Positions 1-6,736 of a DNA stretch of 32,000 nucleotides are shown here, one piece after another (the first letter of the stretch is position 1; each line of letters opens with the position of its first letter). Under the pieces are notes generated by a model. The model was not told the origin of the DNA, did not search any database, and saw nothing but the letters and a program-made list of their open reading frames with translations. The DNA comes from Gemmata obscuriglobus (GTDB lineage Bacteria; Planctomycetota; Planctomycetia; Gemmatales; Gemmataceae). Location of the stretch: positions 6,510,001-6,542,000 of the forward strand of contig NZ_CP042911.1 in the NCBI RefSeq assembly GCF_008065095.1, read 5' to 3'. Both the position numbers and the translations under genes were made by a program.

Positions 1-252
1 CGGGGCGATCGCGCCGTTGACCGTCCGCCAGTACCCGAGCCCGCCGTTCGGCAGCGCCCCGACGGTCTCGTGGTGGTTGTGGCACCCGAGCCCGATCTGC
101 TTCAGGTTGTTCGTACACTGGAGGCGCGCGGCGGCCTCGCGCACCTTCTGCACCGCGGGCAGCAGTAGCCCGATCAGGATGGCAATAATGGCGATCACCA
201 CCAGCAACTCGATCAGCGTGAACCCCGACGGCTTGCGCACAGGTCCGGCCAT
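1..252 (-). CDS. DUF1559-family protein with a type IV pilin-like (prepilin N-methylation) N-terminus. Only the 5' part is present; the gene runs off the left edge.
   Basis: Reverse-strand ATG at 252..250. Translation is [71 protein letters not shown]... It has the [10 protein letters not shown] pilin-like motif and the NNLKQxGLxxHN box shared with the paralogues at 605..1633 and 9305..10285. The frame is open to position 1. It is absent from the ORF track because it has no in-window stop. Confidence 0.85.
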   Translation of the reverse strand, partial: MAGPVRKPSGFTLIELLVVIAIIAILIGLLLPAVQKVREAAARLQCTNNLKQIGLGCHNHHETVGALPNGGLGYWRTVNGAIAP

Positions 253-357
253 ACCAAGTTCCTCCGACGAAAGGAATGAAATGGGTCAACCCTGGAGACG
301 CTGGGTCAGAGACGTGGAACCAATCTCGGCCGTTCTTTCGGTACTCGGAACCGGTCC

Positions 358-406
358 GACCGGGCGGTGTGCCGCCCGGTCGGAAGTCGGGCGGTGTGCC
401 GCCCGA
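358..406 (-). terminator. Two tandem GC-rich hairpins directly downstream of the mini-lipoprotein gene; candidate U-tract-less terminator.
   Basis: The 18-nt unit CGGGCGGTGTGCCGCCCG occurs twice, at 361..378 and 388..405. Each copy is self-complementary around a TGTG loop. The first stem extends to 10 bp (358..367 with 372..381) and the second is 8 bp (387..394 with 399..406). The pair starts 6 nt past the stop codon at 412..414. No U-tract follows on the minus strand. Confidence 0.45.
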
Positions 407-411
407 TCAGA

Positions 412-579
412 CTACTTGGCCCCCGCCGCCGGCTTCGGGGGCGGGCCGCCGGGGCCGCCCGGTTTCGGGGGCGGGTTGTTCAGGTCAGCCGGCTTCGTGA
501 GCGGTTCCCGCTCGCACCCGGTCAGCACCGCGAGTACGGTTGCGAGACAGACCAGCCGACTGACGGCGTTGCGGATCAT
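412..579 (-). CDS. 55-aa lipoprotein with a Pro/Gly/Lys-rich tail, downstream partner of the DUF1559 gene.
   Basis: ATG at 579..577 is preceded by AAGGAGAG 5 nt upstream; the stop is TAG at 414..412. Translation is MIRNAVSRLVCLATVLAVLTGCEREPLTKPADLNNPPPKPGGPGGPPPKPAAGAK. It has a hydrophobic signal with an L-T-G-C lipobox, and third codon positions are GC-rich. This is the 3' part of track ORF 412..927, whose upstream extension overlaps the preceding gene. Confidence 0.7.
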   Translation of the reverse strand: MIRNAVSRLVCLATVLAVLTGCEREPLTKPADLNNPPPKPGGPGGPPPKPAAGAK

Positions 580-604
580 GTGACTCTCCTTGAGTGACAG
601 AGGG

Positions 605-1633
605 TTACTGCCCGCCCATCGCGTCGAAGTTGACCGGGACGCCGTCCGAGGTGCCGCCGGCGTACACCGCGTTCTTCCAGGCGTCGCTGCCCCAGCCGGC
701 GTACCAGCTTGAACCCATCTTGCGGATCGAGCGGACCGACCCGTCGCCGTAAACGAACTGGGCGACCCCGGTGTGACGGCTGCCGAACGACTCCCACCCC
801 GACGGACCCGGGTCGGTGATCCCGAACAGGAAGGTGAAGGTGCCCGCGCCCATCCACGACAGCCGCTCGTTCCCGGCGGTCCCGACCGTCTCGCCGAACA
901 GAATGGTTTGAGACGTGCCGTCCGCAATGGTTGACAGCTTCTGCTTGGTGTTGAGCCCGAACGGTCCGGCCATCGAGCGCCAGGTAACGGTCGTGGACCC
1001 GTACGCCGGGCCGTTCCCGTCGGACTGCCCGTTCCCGCCGGCCGAGGCCATGTAGTTGGTCACCCCCGGGTTGCCGCCGGCGGCGGTGAACGTCGGCAGC
1101 CCGGTCCAGTTGTAGTTGATGAAGTACCCCGGCCCTGGGACACAGATGGCGGTAGTGGCCGCGATCCAGTACGGCATGTTGGCCGATGCGTTGTCCGACG
1201 GGCACTCGAACATCGTCACCCGGTTGATCGAGACCTTCAGGGCCGTTGCGTCGTTGGTCCACAAGCTGGCGATCGTCGGCGCGCCGCCACCGGCGTCCGC
1301 CGGGAGCGAGGAGGGGACGATCAGAAGGGCCGCGGGGATCTGGCGGTACAGGTTGTCCTGCTCGATGAACGGCAGCAGGTAGGTCAGCGTACCGATCCCG
1401 CTCGCGGTGTTCGTGCCCGGCGGCAGGTTGCCGTAGGTGCTGTCGTAGTTGTGGGCGGCCAGGCCCATTTGCTTGAGGTTGTTCTGACACTTCATGCGGG
1501 CCGCCGCCTCCCGCACCTTTTGCACCGCCGGCAGCAGAAGCCCGATGAGGATGGCAATAATGGCGATCACCACCAACAGTTCGATCAGCGTAAACCCGAA
1601 AGCACTGCGAGTTCTCGAACGCATGAGCATCAT
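605..1633 (-). CDS. DUF1559-family protein with a prepilin-type N-terminal cleavage/methylation motif.
   Basis: Track ORF 605..1726, trimmed to the Met cluster [63 protein letters not shown]. ATGs lie at 1633, 1630 and 1624, so the exact start is uncertain. The C-terminal part carries the family-typical [11 protein letters not shown] and [11 protein letters not shown] boxes. Confidence 0.9.
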   Translation of the reverse strand: MMLMRSRTRSAFGFTLIELLVVIAIIAILIGLLLPAVQKVREAAARMKCQNNLKQMGLAAHNYDSTYGNLPPGTNTASGIGTLTYLLPFIEQDNLYRQIPAALLIVPSSLPADAGGGAPTIASLWTNDATALKVSINRVTMFECPSDNASANMPYWIAATTAICVPGPGYFINYNWTGLPTFTAAGGNPGVTNYMASAGGNGQSDGNGPAYGSTTVTWRSMAGPFGLNTKQKLSTIADGTSQTILFGETVGTAGNERLSWMGAGTFTFLFGITDPGPSGWESFGSRHTGVAQFVYGDGSVRSIRKMGSSWYAGWGSDAWKNAVYAGGTSDGVPVNFDAMGGQ

Positions 1634-1727
1634 ACCAAACCTAGGAATAAACACGCCAACACCGGAGATATTTTCCCGAGAGAGGCGGGCGAACGAGAGG
1701 CGATTTGGCTGGCGGGCGAGCACCACC

Positions 1728-1784
1728 GGAAAACAACGTTCACCGTGTGAACGGCCGCTCCCGGGGCCACGGCCTCGGGAGCGG
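1728..1784 (-). terminator. Double hairpin followed by a U-rich tract, downstream of the DapA-family gene.
   Basis: On the minus strand, 9 nt past the stop, CCGCTCCCG (1784..1776) pairs with CGGGAGCGG (1763..1755). Next, GTTCAC-ACG-GTGAAC (1752..1738) is followed by GTTGTTTTCC (1737..1728). Confidence 0.55.
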
Positions 1785-1792
1785 TTGTCATC

Positions 1793-2689
1793 TCACGCAC
1801 CCGGGCGGCTGCTCAGCCCGCTCCGGATGATGCCGAGTACGCGCTCGCGCTCGGCGCCGGTCAGCGGGCGCCGGGGCTCGCGGACCCATTCGGCGCCGAG
1901 ACCGGCTTCCTGAACCATGAGCTTGATGTACTGCACGAACTTGGGATGCGTGTCGAGTTTCATGAGGGGCGCGGCCCACCGGTACAACTGGCGCGCCTCG
2001 TCCCACCGGCCGGCCCGGGTCAGCTCCCACAGCCGCTGGTTCTCGGCCGGGAAGGCGATACCGGAGCCGGCGACCCACCCGTCGATGCCGAGGACCGAGG
2101 ACTCGAGGATCAGGTCGTCCACGCCCGCGAACACCGCCAGCCGGTCGCCCAGGGCGAGCCGGATCTCGGTCACCCGGCGCGGGTCGCCGGAACTTTCCTT
2201 GATCGCCCGCAGGTTCGAAATGTCCGCGTACCCGAGGAGCCGCTCGGGCGTGACGTCTACCGTGTAGGCGAGCGGGTTGTTGTACAGCATCCACGGCAGG
2301 TCGGTCGCGGCCGCCACGGCCCGGAAGTAGCCGGCCGCCTCGTCGGCGTCGGGCTTGTACACCATCGGGGGCATCACCATGAACCCGGCCGCGCCGAACC
2401 GCGCACAATCGCGGGCGTACCGGACGGCCGCCGCGGTCGAGGTCTCGGCCACGCCAGCGATCACCGGCACGCGCCCGGCGGCCACCCGCACCGCGTTCTC
2501 CACCACGCTCCGCTTTTCGTCCGGGTCGAGGGCCTGGTTCTCCCCGAGTGACCCGCACACCACGAGGCCGCTCACGCCCGACGCGAGAACGGCTTCCAAA
2601 TGCGTGGCGGTGGCCCGCAGGTCCAGCGACTGGTCCTGGCGGAACTGGGTGGTCACGGCCGGGAATACGCCGGCCCAGCGAACGCTCAT
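1793..2689 (-). CDS. Dihydrodipicolinate synthase / N-acetylneuraminate lyase family class I aldolase. Probably catabolic, given the divergent AraC regulator.
   Basis: Track ORF 1793..2797 trimmed to the ATG at 2689 (MSVRWAGVFPAVTTQF...). Family motifs seen are GLVVCGSLGENQALD, VIAGV, YNNPLAYTVDV and the Schiff-base lysine context LRAIKESSGD. Confidence 0.88.
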   Translation of the reverse strand: MSVRWAGVFPAVTTQFRQDQSLDLRATATHLEAVLASGVSGLVVCGSLGENQALDPDEKRSVVENAVRVAAGRVPVIAGVAETSTAAAVRYARDCARFGAAGFMVMPPMVYKPDADEAAGYFRAVAAATDLPWMLYNNPLAYTVDVTPERLLGYADISNLRAIKESSGDPRRVTEIRLALGDRLAVFAGVDDLILESSVLGIDGWVAGSGIAFPAENQRLWELTRAGRWDEARQLYRWAAPLMKLDTHPKFVQYIKLMVQEAGLGAEWVREPRRPLTGAERERVLGIIRSGLSSRPGA

Positions 2690-2695
2690 GAAATT

Positions 2696-2750
2696 TCCGT
2701 GAACCAGATTTTTAGGGACGGTTAATGGGGTGAAGTATAATCCGTGAACC
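2696..2750. promoter_or_regulatory. Two 10-bp direct repeats (TCCGTGAACC) in the divergent aldolase/AraC control region; candidate AraC-type operator half-sites.
   Basis: Exact copies lie at 2696..2705 and 2741..2750, with starts 45 bp apart. They flank the lowest-GC stretch of the intergenic region (AGATTTTTAGGGACGGTTAATGGGGTGAAGTATAA). Confidence 0.35.
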
Positions 2751-2814
2751 GGTGCCGGTCTTGACCGGGTACCGACCCAGAACTGAGTTCCGCGCACAAC
2801 TCCGGAGTTTTTCG

Positions 2815-3573
2815 GTGACCAGTTCCAGTCCCGTGTCCGGCCTGTTCGCGCGGTTGGCGGAGCCGTTCACCGCCGAGGACGTGTTCGACTGCTTGGCGGA
2901 CGTGGTGTACTTCGTCAAGAACGAGCGGGCCGAGTACGTGGTGGTGAACCGCACGCTGGCCGAGCGGTGCGGCACGCACGACAAGCGGACGCTGATCGGC
3001 AAGACGGCCGCCCAGACGTTCCCGCCTCCGCTCGGGCGTTCGTTCTGGGAACAGGACACGCACCTGCTCGCGACGGGCGAGCCGGTGCTCAACCAGCTCG
3101 AGCTGCACCTGTACCCGACGGGCGTGACCGGGTGGTGCCTGACCGACAAGTTCCCGCTCCGGGGCGCGGGCGACGCCGTCATCGGGCTCGTGGGCGTGTC
3201 CCACGACCTGCACCCGCCGGACGAAAGCGCCGAGGATTACAGCAGCGTGGCCGCGGCCGTGCGGCACGCGCGGACCCACCTGGACCAGCGGTTGGTGACC
3301 GAGGAGCTGGCGGCGATCGCCGGCCTCTCGGCGTACCAGCTCGACCAGCGGGTGCGCCGGCTGTTCCGGCTGTCCACGGGTCAGCTCCTGCTCAAGCTGC
3401 GCATGGACACCGCCGCCGAGCAGTTGCGCGACACCGACCGCCCGGTGGTGGAGGTCGGTCTGGCGTGCGGTTACGCCGACCAGAGTGCGTTCACCCGACA
3501 GTTCCGGCGCACGACCGGGCTCACGCCGGGCGAGTACCGCCGGGCGCTCCGCCCGGCGCGCGGTGACGGGTGA
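2815..3573 (+). CDS. AraC/XylS-family transcriptional regulator with an N-terminal PAS-like sensor domain.
   Basis: Track ORF 2752..3573. I favour the GTG at 2815, which has GGAG at 2804..2807 (7-nt spacing), but the GTG at 2752 cannot be excluded. The C-terminus has the AraC HTH signature (ELAAIAGLSAYQLDQRVRRLF ... GYADQSAFTRQFRRTTGLTPGEYRR). The N-terminal half looks PAS-like (VVYFVKNERAEYVVVNRTLAERCG...LIGKT). Confidence 0.85.
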   Translation: MTSSSPVSGLFARLAEPFTAEDVFDCLADVVYFVKNERAEYVVVNRTLAERCGTHDKRTLIGKTAAQTFPPPLGRSFWEQDTHLLATGEPVLNQLELHLYPTGVTGWCLTDKFPLRGAGDAVIGLVGVSHDLHPPDESAEDYSSVAAAVRHARTHLDQRLVTEELAAIAGLSAYQLDQRVRRLFRLSTGQLLLKLRMDTAAEQLRDTDRPVVEVGLACGYADQSAFTRQFRRTTGLTPGEYRRALRPARGDG

Positions 3574-3592
3574 GCGCCGCGACGGGGCGAGC

Positions 3593-5425
3593 TCACTCGC
3601 TCTGGAGCCGGCAGATCAGCAGCTCCCGCTCGTACACCATTTCCGGCGGCAGCCGGCTGTGCAGATCGATGAACAGCTCCTCGTGCCCGAGCACCTCGGC
3701 CCGCCACGCGGTGCGGTCGCACGCTTGGAGCCGGTCGAACTGCTCGCGCGGGAAGTTGAGCCCGGTCCACTCGATGTCCTCGAACCGGGGGCTCCAGCCG
3801 ATCGGGGTCTCGCGCCCGATGGCGCGGCCGCGGACCCGGTCCACGATCCACTTCAGCACCCGCATGTTGTCCCCGAACCCGGGCCACAAGAACCGGCCGT
3901 CCGCCCCCTTGCGGAACCAGTTGACGTGGAACACGCGGGGCGTCTCCGAGAGGTCCCGTTGCATCCGGATCCAGTGCCGGAAGTAGTCCCCCATGTGGTA
4001 CCCGCAGAACGGCAGCATCGCCATCGGGTCGCGGCGCACCCGCCCCACCGCGCCGCCGGCCGCGGCGGTGGTCTCGGAGCCGGTGGTGGCGCCGATGTAC
4101 ACCCCGGCGGTCCAGTTGAACGCCTGGTACACGAGCGGGACCGTCGCCGCCCGCCGCCCGCCGAACACGATCGCGCTGATCGGCACCCCCTCGGGGGCCT
4201 CCCACGCCGGGTCGATAGTCGGGCACTGGGCCGCCGGGGCGGTGAACCGGGCGTTCGGGTGGGCGGCCTTCGCGCCCGTCTCCTTCGCCAGGGCCGGGGT
4301 CCACCGGTTCCCGCGCCAGTCCAGGCACTCGGCCGGCGGCTCGTCGGTCATTCCCTCCCACCACACCCCGCCCTCGGGCGTGAGCGCGACGTTGGTGAAA
4401 ATGGTGTTCCGCGACAGCGCGGCCATCGCGTTCGGGTTGGTCCTGGCGGACGTGCCCGGGGCCACCCCGAAGAACCCGGCCTCGGGGTTGATCGCCCGCA
4501 GCCGCCCCCCCGCGTCCGGCTTGAGCCACGCGATGTCGTCGCCCACGGTCCACACCTTCCACCCCTCGAACCCGACCGGCGGGATGAGCATGGCGAAGTT
4601 GGTTTTCCCGCAGGCGGACGGGAACGCGGCGGTGACGTACGTCTTCTCCCCCTTCGGGTCTTCGACGCCGAGGATCAGCATGTGCTCGGCCATCCACCCC
4701 TCGTCCCGGGCGATGTTCGAGGCGATCCGCAGCGCGAAGCACTTCTTGCCGAGCAGCGCGTTGCCGCCGTACCCGGACCCGAAGGACCAGATCTGCCGCG
4801 TCTCGGGGAAGTGGACGACGTACTTCTCCGGGTTACAGGGCCAGGGCACGTCCGCCTGGCCCGGGGCGAGCGGGGCGCCGAGCGTGTGCATGCACGGCAC
4901 CACGCGCTTGTCGCCTTTGTCGATCTCCGCCAGCACCGGCAGCCCGATCCGGGCCATGATCCGGGTGTTCACCACCACGTAGGGCGAGTCGGTGAGTTGC
5001 ACCCCGATCTGCGACAGCGGAGACCCGACCGGCCCCATGCTGAACGGCAGCACGTACATGGTCCGCCCCCGCATCGCGCCGTCGAACAACTGCTTGAGCC
5101 GACGCTTCATCACGAACGGGTCTTCCCAGTTGTTGGTCGGCCCGGCCGCCTCCTTGGAGAGCGAACAGATGAAGGTGCGGTCCTCGACGCGGGCGACGTC
5201 GCCCGGGTCGGACCGGGCGTAGTAGCAGCCCGGCCACAGTTCCTCGTTCAACTTGATGAACGTGCCGCCCTGAACCATACGATCGCACAGGGCGTCGTAC
5301 TCCTCCTGCGAGCCGTCCACCCAGTGGACCGCGGCCGGCTTGGTGAGCCGGGCCATCTTCTCAACCCACCGCAGGAGGTGCGCGTTCGTGCTCAGCGCCA
5401 CCGACGGGTCACGTCCACCGGCCAT
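3593..5425 (-). CDS. pckG: Phosphoenolpyruvate carboxykinase (GTP).
   Basis: Track ORF 3593..5536 trimmed to the ATG at 5425 ([44 protein letters not shown]). Hallmark motifs are [36 protein letters not shown] and FHVNWFRKG. Confidence 0.95.
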   Translation of the reverse strand: MAGGRDPSVALSTNAHLLRWVEKMARLTKPAAVHWVDGSQEEYDALCDRMVQGGTFIKLNEELWPGCYYARSDPGDVARVEDRTFICSLSKEAAGPTNNWEDPFVMKRRLKQLFDGAMRGRTMYVLPFSMGPVGSPLSQIGVQLTDSPYVVVNTRIMARIGLPVLAEIDKGDKRVVPCMHTLGAPLAPGQADVPWPCNPEKYVVHFPETRQIWSFGSGYGGNALLGKKCFALRIASNIARDEGWMAEHMLILGVEDPKGEKTYVTAAFPSACGKTNFAMLIPPVGFEGWKVWTVGDDIAWLKPDAGGRLRAINPEAGFFGVAPGTSARTNPNAMAALSRNTIFTNVALTPEGGVWWEGMTDEPPAECLDWRGNRWTPALAKETGAKAAHPNARFTAPAAQCPTIDPAWEAPEGVPISAIVFGGRRAATVPLVYQAFNWTAGVYIGATTGSETTAAAGGAVGRVRRDPMAMLPFCGYHMGDYFRHWIRMQRDLSETPRVFHVNWFRKGADGRFLWPGFGDNMRVLKWIVDRVRGRAIGRETPIGWSPRFEDIEWTGLNFPREQFDRLQACDRTAWRAEVLGHEELFIDLHSRLPPEMVYERELLICRLQSE

Positions 5426-5740
5426 GTGTTCGGTATCCTTGGTGCGGCAGCGGGACGCGCGGCACCGGTCGTTCGTTGTGTCGCCCGCGCGTCGGCCGTG
5501 CGTCGTTTTACGCGGCCCCCGCGGGCTCACCCGCAATCGGTTATCTCGGAGGTGCCGCTTACGGCGTCAAGGTGCGCAGAGCGGAAATAGCGGGGCCGTC
5601 AAGTCTGAGAAACGCGGTTGCGGCACCACGAGCCCCCCGTTCATCAACAGGTGGGTGATCCGCAACAGCACGTGGCGATAGATGTTGCGCGCATCGCGCG
5701 GGATGGGGCTGTTACTGGGTGCGGTCGTCTAAGGACTGGG

Positions 5741-5834
5741 AGTCAAAAGTCGTCCGGTCAGCAAGTCGTAAAGTCGCAAACCACATTATCACTGAAATTA
5801 TGACTTTACGACTTTCGACGGTCGGGCTTTTGAC
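5741..5834. repeat. AT-rich imperfect palindrome built from convergent AAGTCG hexamers.
   Basis: AAGTCG occurs at 5747, 5763 and 5771. Its complement, CGACTT or near-copies, occurs at 5801-5814. A perfect 12-bp inverted repeat, AGTCGTAAAGTC (5764..5775) with GACTTTACGACT (5802..5813), flanks a 26-nt AT-rich spacer. The outer arms are GTCAAAAG (5742..5749) and CTTTTGAC (5827..5834). Confidence 0.6.
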
Positions 5835-5841
5835 CGCGCGC

Positions 5842-5867
5842 CAACCGCCTGCGTCAGCAGGCGGTTG
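5842..5867 (-). terminator. 11-bp perfect hairpin downstream of the 5952..6659 gene.
   Basis: CAACCGCCTGC (5842..5852), loop GTCA, then GCAGGCGGTTG (5857..5867). It lies 85 nt past the minus-strand stop at 5952. No clear U-tract follows on the minus strand. Confidence 0.45.
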
Positions 5868-5951
5868 TAATTCCGGCGTGTTCCGGGGGACAACTCGGTC
5901 GGAGGGGCAGAGGCGGTGGGTATCTCATTTAACCCGCGACATGGCCCGCGG

Positions 5952-6659
5952 TCACTTCCACAGTTTCTTGTCGTCGATGCGTTCGCCGCCCGCTACCGTG
6001 ATCGCCTTCTTGAACTCGTTGGCGTCGAAGTTCCGCCGAATGCGGCGCACCGAGCCGTCACAAAGCGCCACATGAAATGCGCCGTCAAACATCCCGCCGA
6101 GCTTGGGGAGCGGCTTCTCGGGGTCGAACGGAACGTCCGCGGGTTTGCTCCAGACCACCGGGTCGCCGGCTTCGACTAACATGACGGTCTGCGATGTCCC
6201 GTCAGTGATGTCCAGAATCTTGAGGCCGCCTTTATCGCCGAGCAGGGCACCCTTGCCGGTGAACGTCTGGTAGAACGTCTCGCCGGGCTTCGCCTTGACC
6301 CGGATCGGGGCGTACACCTTCGGCAGCTTCTCGATCAGCTTCTTGTTCGTGTCCGAGTCCCAGGGTTCGTCCAGCTTGAATTTCTTGTACACCTCTTCTT
6401 CTTCGATGTACGGCAGGATCGCCACGCGCCAGCTCAACAACGGCTTGCCGTCCTTGTCGACGATGTCACCCGGCAACTTGCCGTTGGCGCTCTCGAAGTT
6501 GTGAGCGGCCAGTGCGATCTGTTTGAGGTTGTTCTGCGACCGAACCATTTCCGTGACCGCAGGCGGTTCGTCCTGGGCCGCCGCGGGAACCGCGACCGTC
6601 AGAGCGACCAGACCGAGTGGGGCGACCAGACCGAGCGCCCGCAGCCGTGACACGCGCAT
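5952..6659 (-). CDS. DUF1559-domain protein with a cleavable Sec-type signal peptide in place of the pilin-like N-terminus.
   Basis: ATG at 6659 with GGAGG 8 nt upstream. The N-terminus is MRVSRLRALGLVAPLGLVALTVAVPAAAQDEPP. It is followed by the DUF1559 boxes QNNLKQIALAAHNFESANGKLP, DGTSQTVMLVE and ALCDGSVRRI. No [10 protein letters not shown] motif is present. Confidence 0.85.
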   Translation of the reverse strand: MRVSRLRALGLVAPLGLVALTVAVPAAAQDEPPAVTEMVRSQNNLKQIALAAHNFESANGKLPGDIVDKDGKPLLSWRVAILPYIEEEEVYKKFKLDEPWDSDTNKKLIEKLPKVYAPIRVKAKPGETFYQTFTGKGALLGDKGGLKILDITDGTSQTVMLVEAGDPVVWSKPADVPFDPEKPLPKLGGMFDGAFHVALCDGSVRRIRRNFDANEFKKAITVAGGERIDDKKLWK

Positions 6660-6688
6660 CGACAGGACCTCCGAGGGGAACGGAGCGC

Positions 6689-6729
6689 GAGGCCCTGACG
6701 GCGTGCCACCGGCACGCCGTCAGGGCCTC
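6689..6729 (-). terminator. 19-bp perfect stem with a 3-nt loop between glgB and the downstream DUF1559-variant gene.
   Basis: GAGGCCCTGACGGCGTGCC (6689..6707), loop ACC, then GGCACGCCGTCAGGGCCTC (6711..6729). It lies 7 nt past the glgB stop and 30 nt before the next start codon. There is no U-tract. Confidence 0.55.
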
Positions 6730-6736
6730 AACCGGA

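Noticed and set aside
3485-5590. 701-aa + strand ORF covering the whole pckG locus.
   Set aside because: It is antisense to a gene with unmistakable PEPCK motifs. The translation is an Arg/Pro/Gly/Ala/His-rich shadow frame with no recognisable domain, which is typical of stop-poor antisense frames in high-GC DNA.
5618-6179. Small + strand ORFs (5618..5803, 5719..6075, 5916..6179) in and around the pckG upstream region.
   Set aside because: They run through the AT-rich palindrome and into the antisense of the DUF1559-variant gene, and they have no coding signal. The region is better explained as regulatory or structured DNA.
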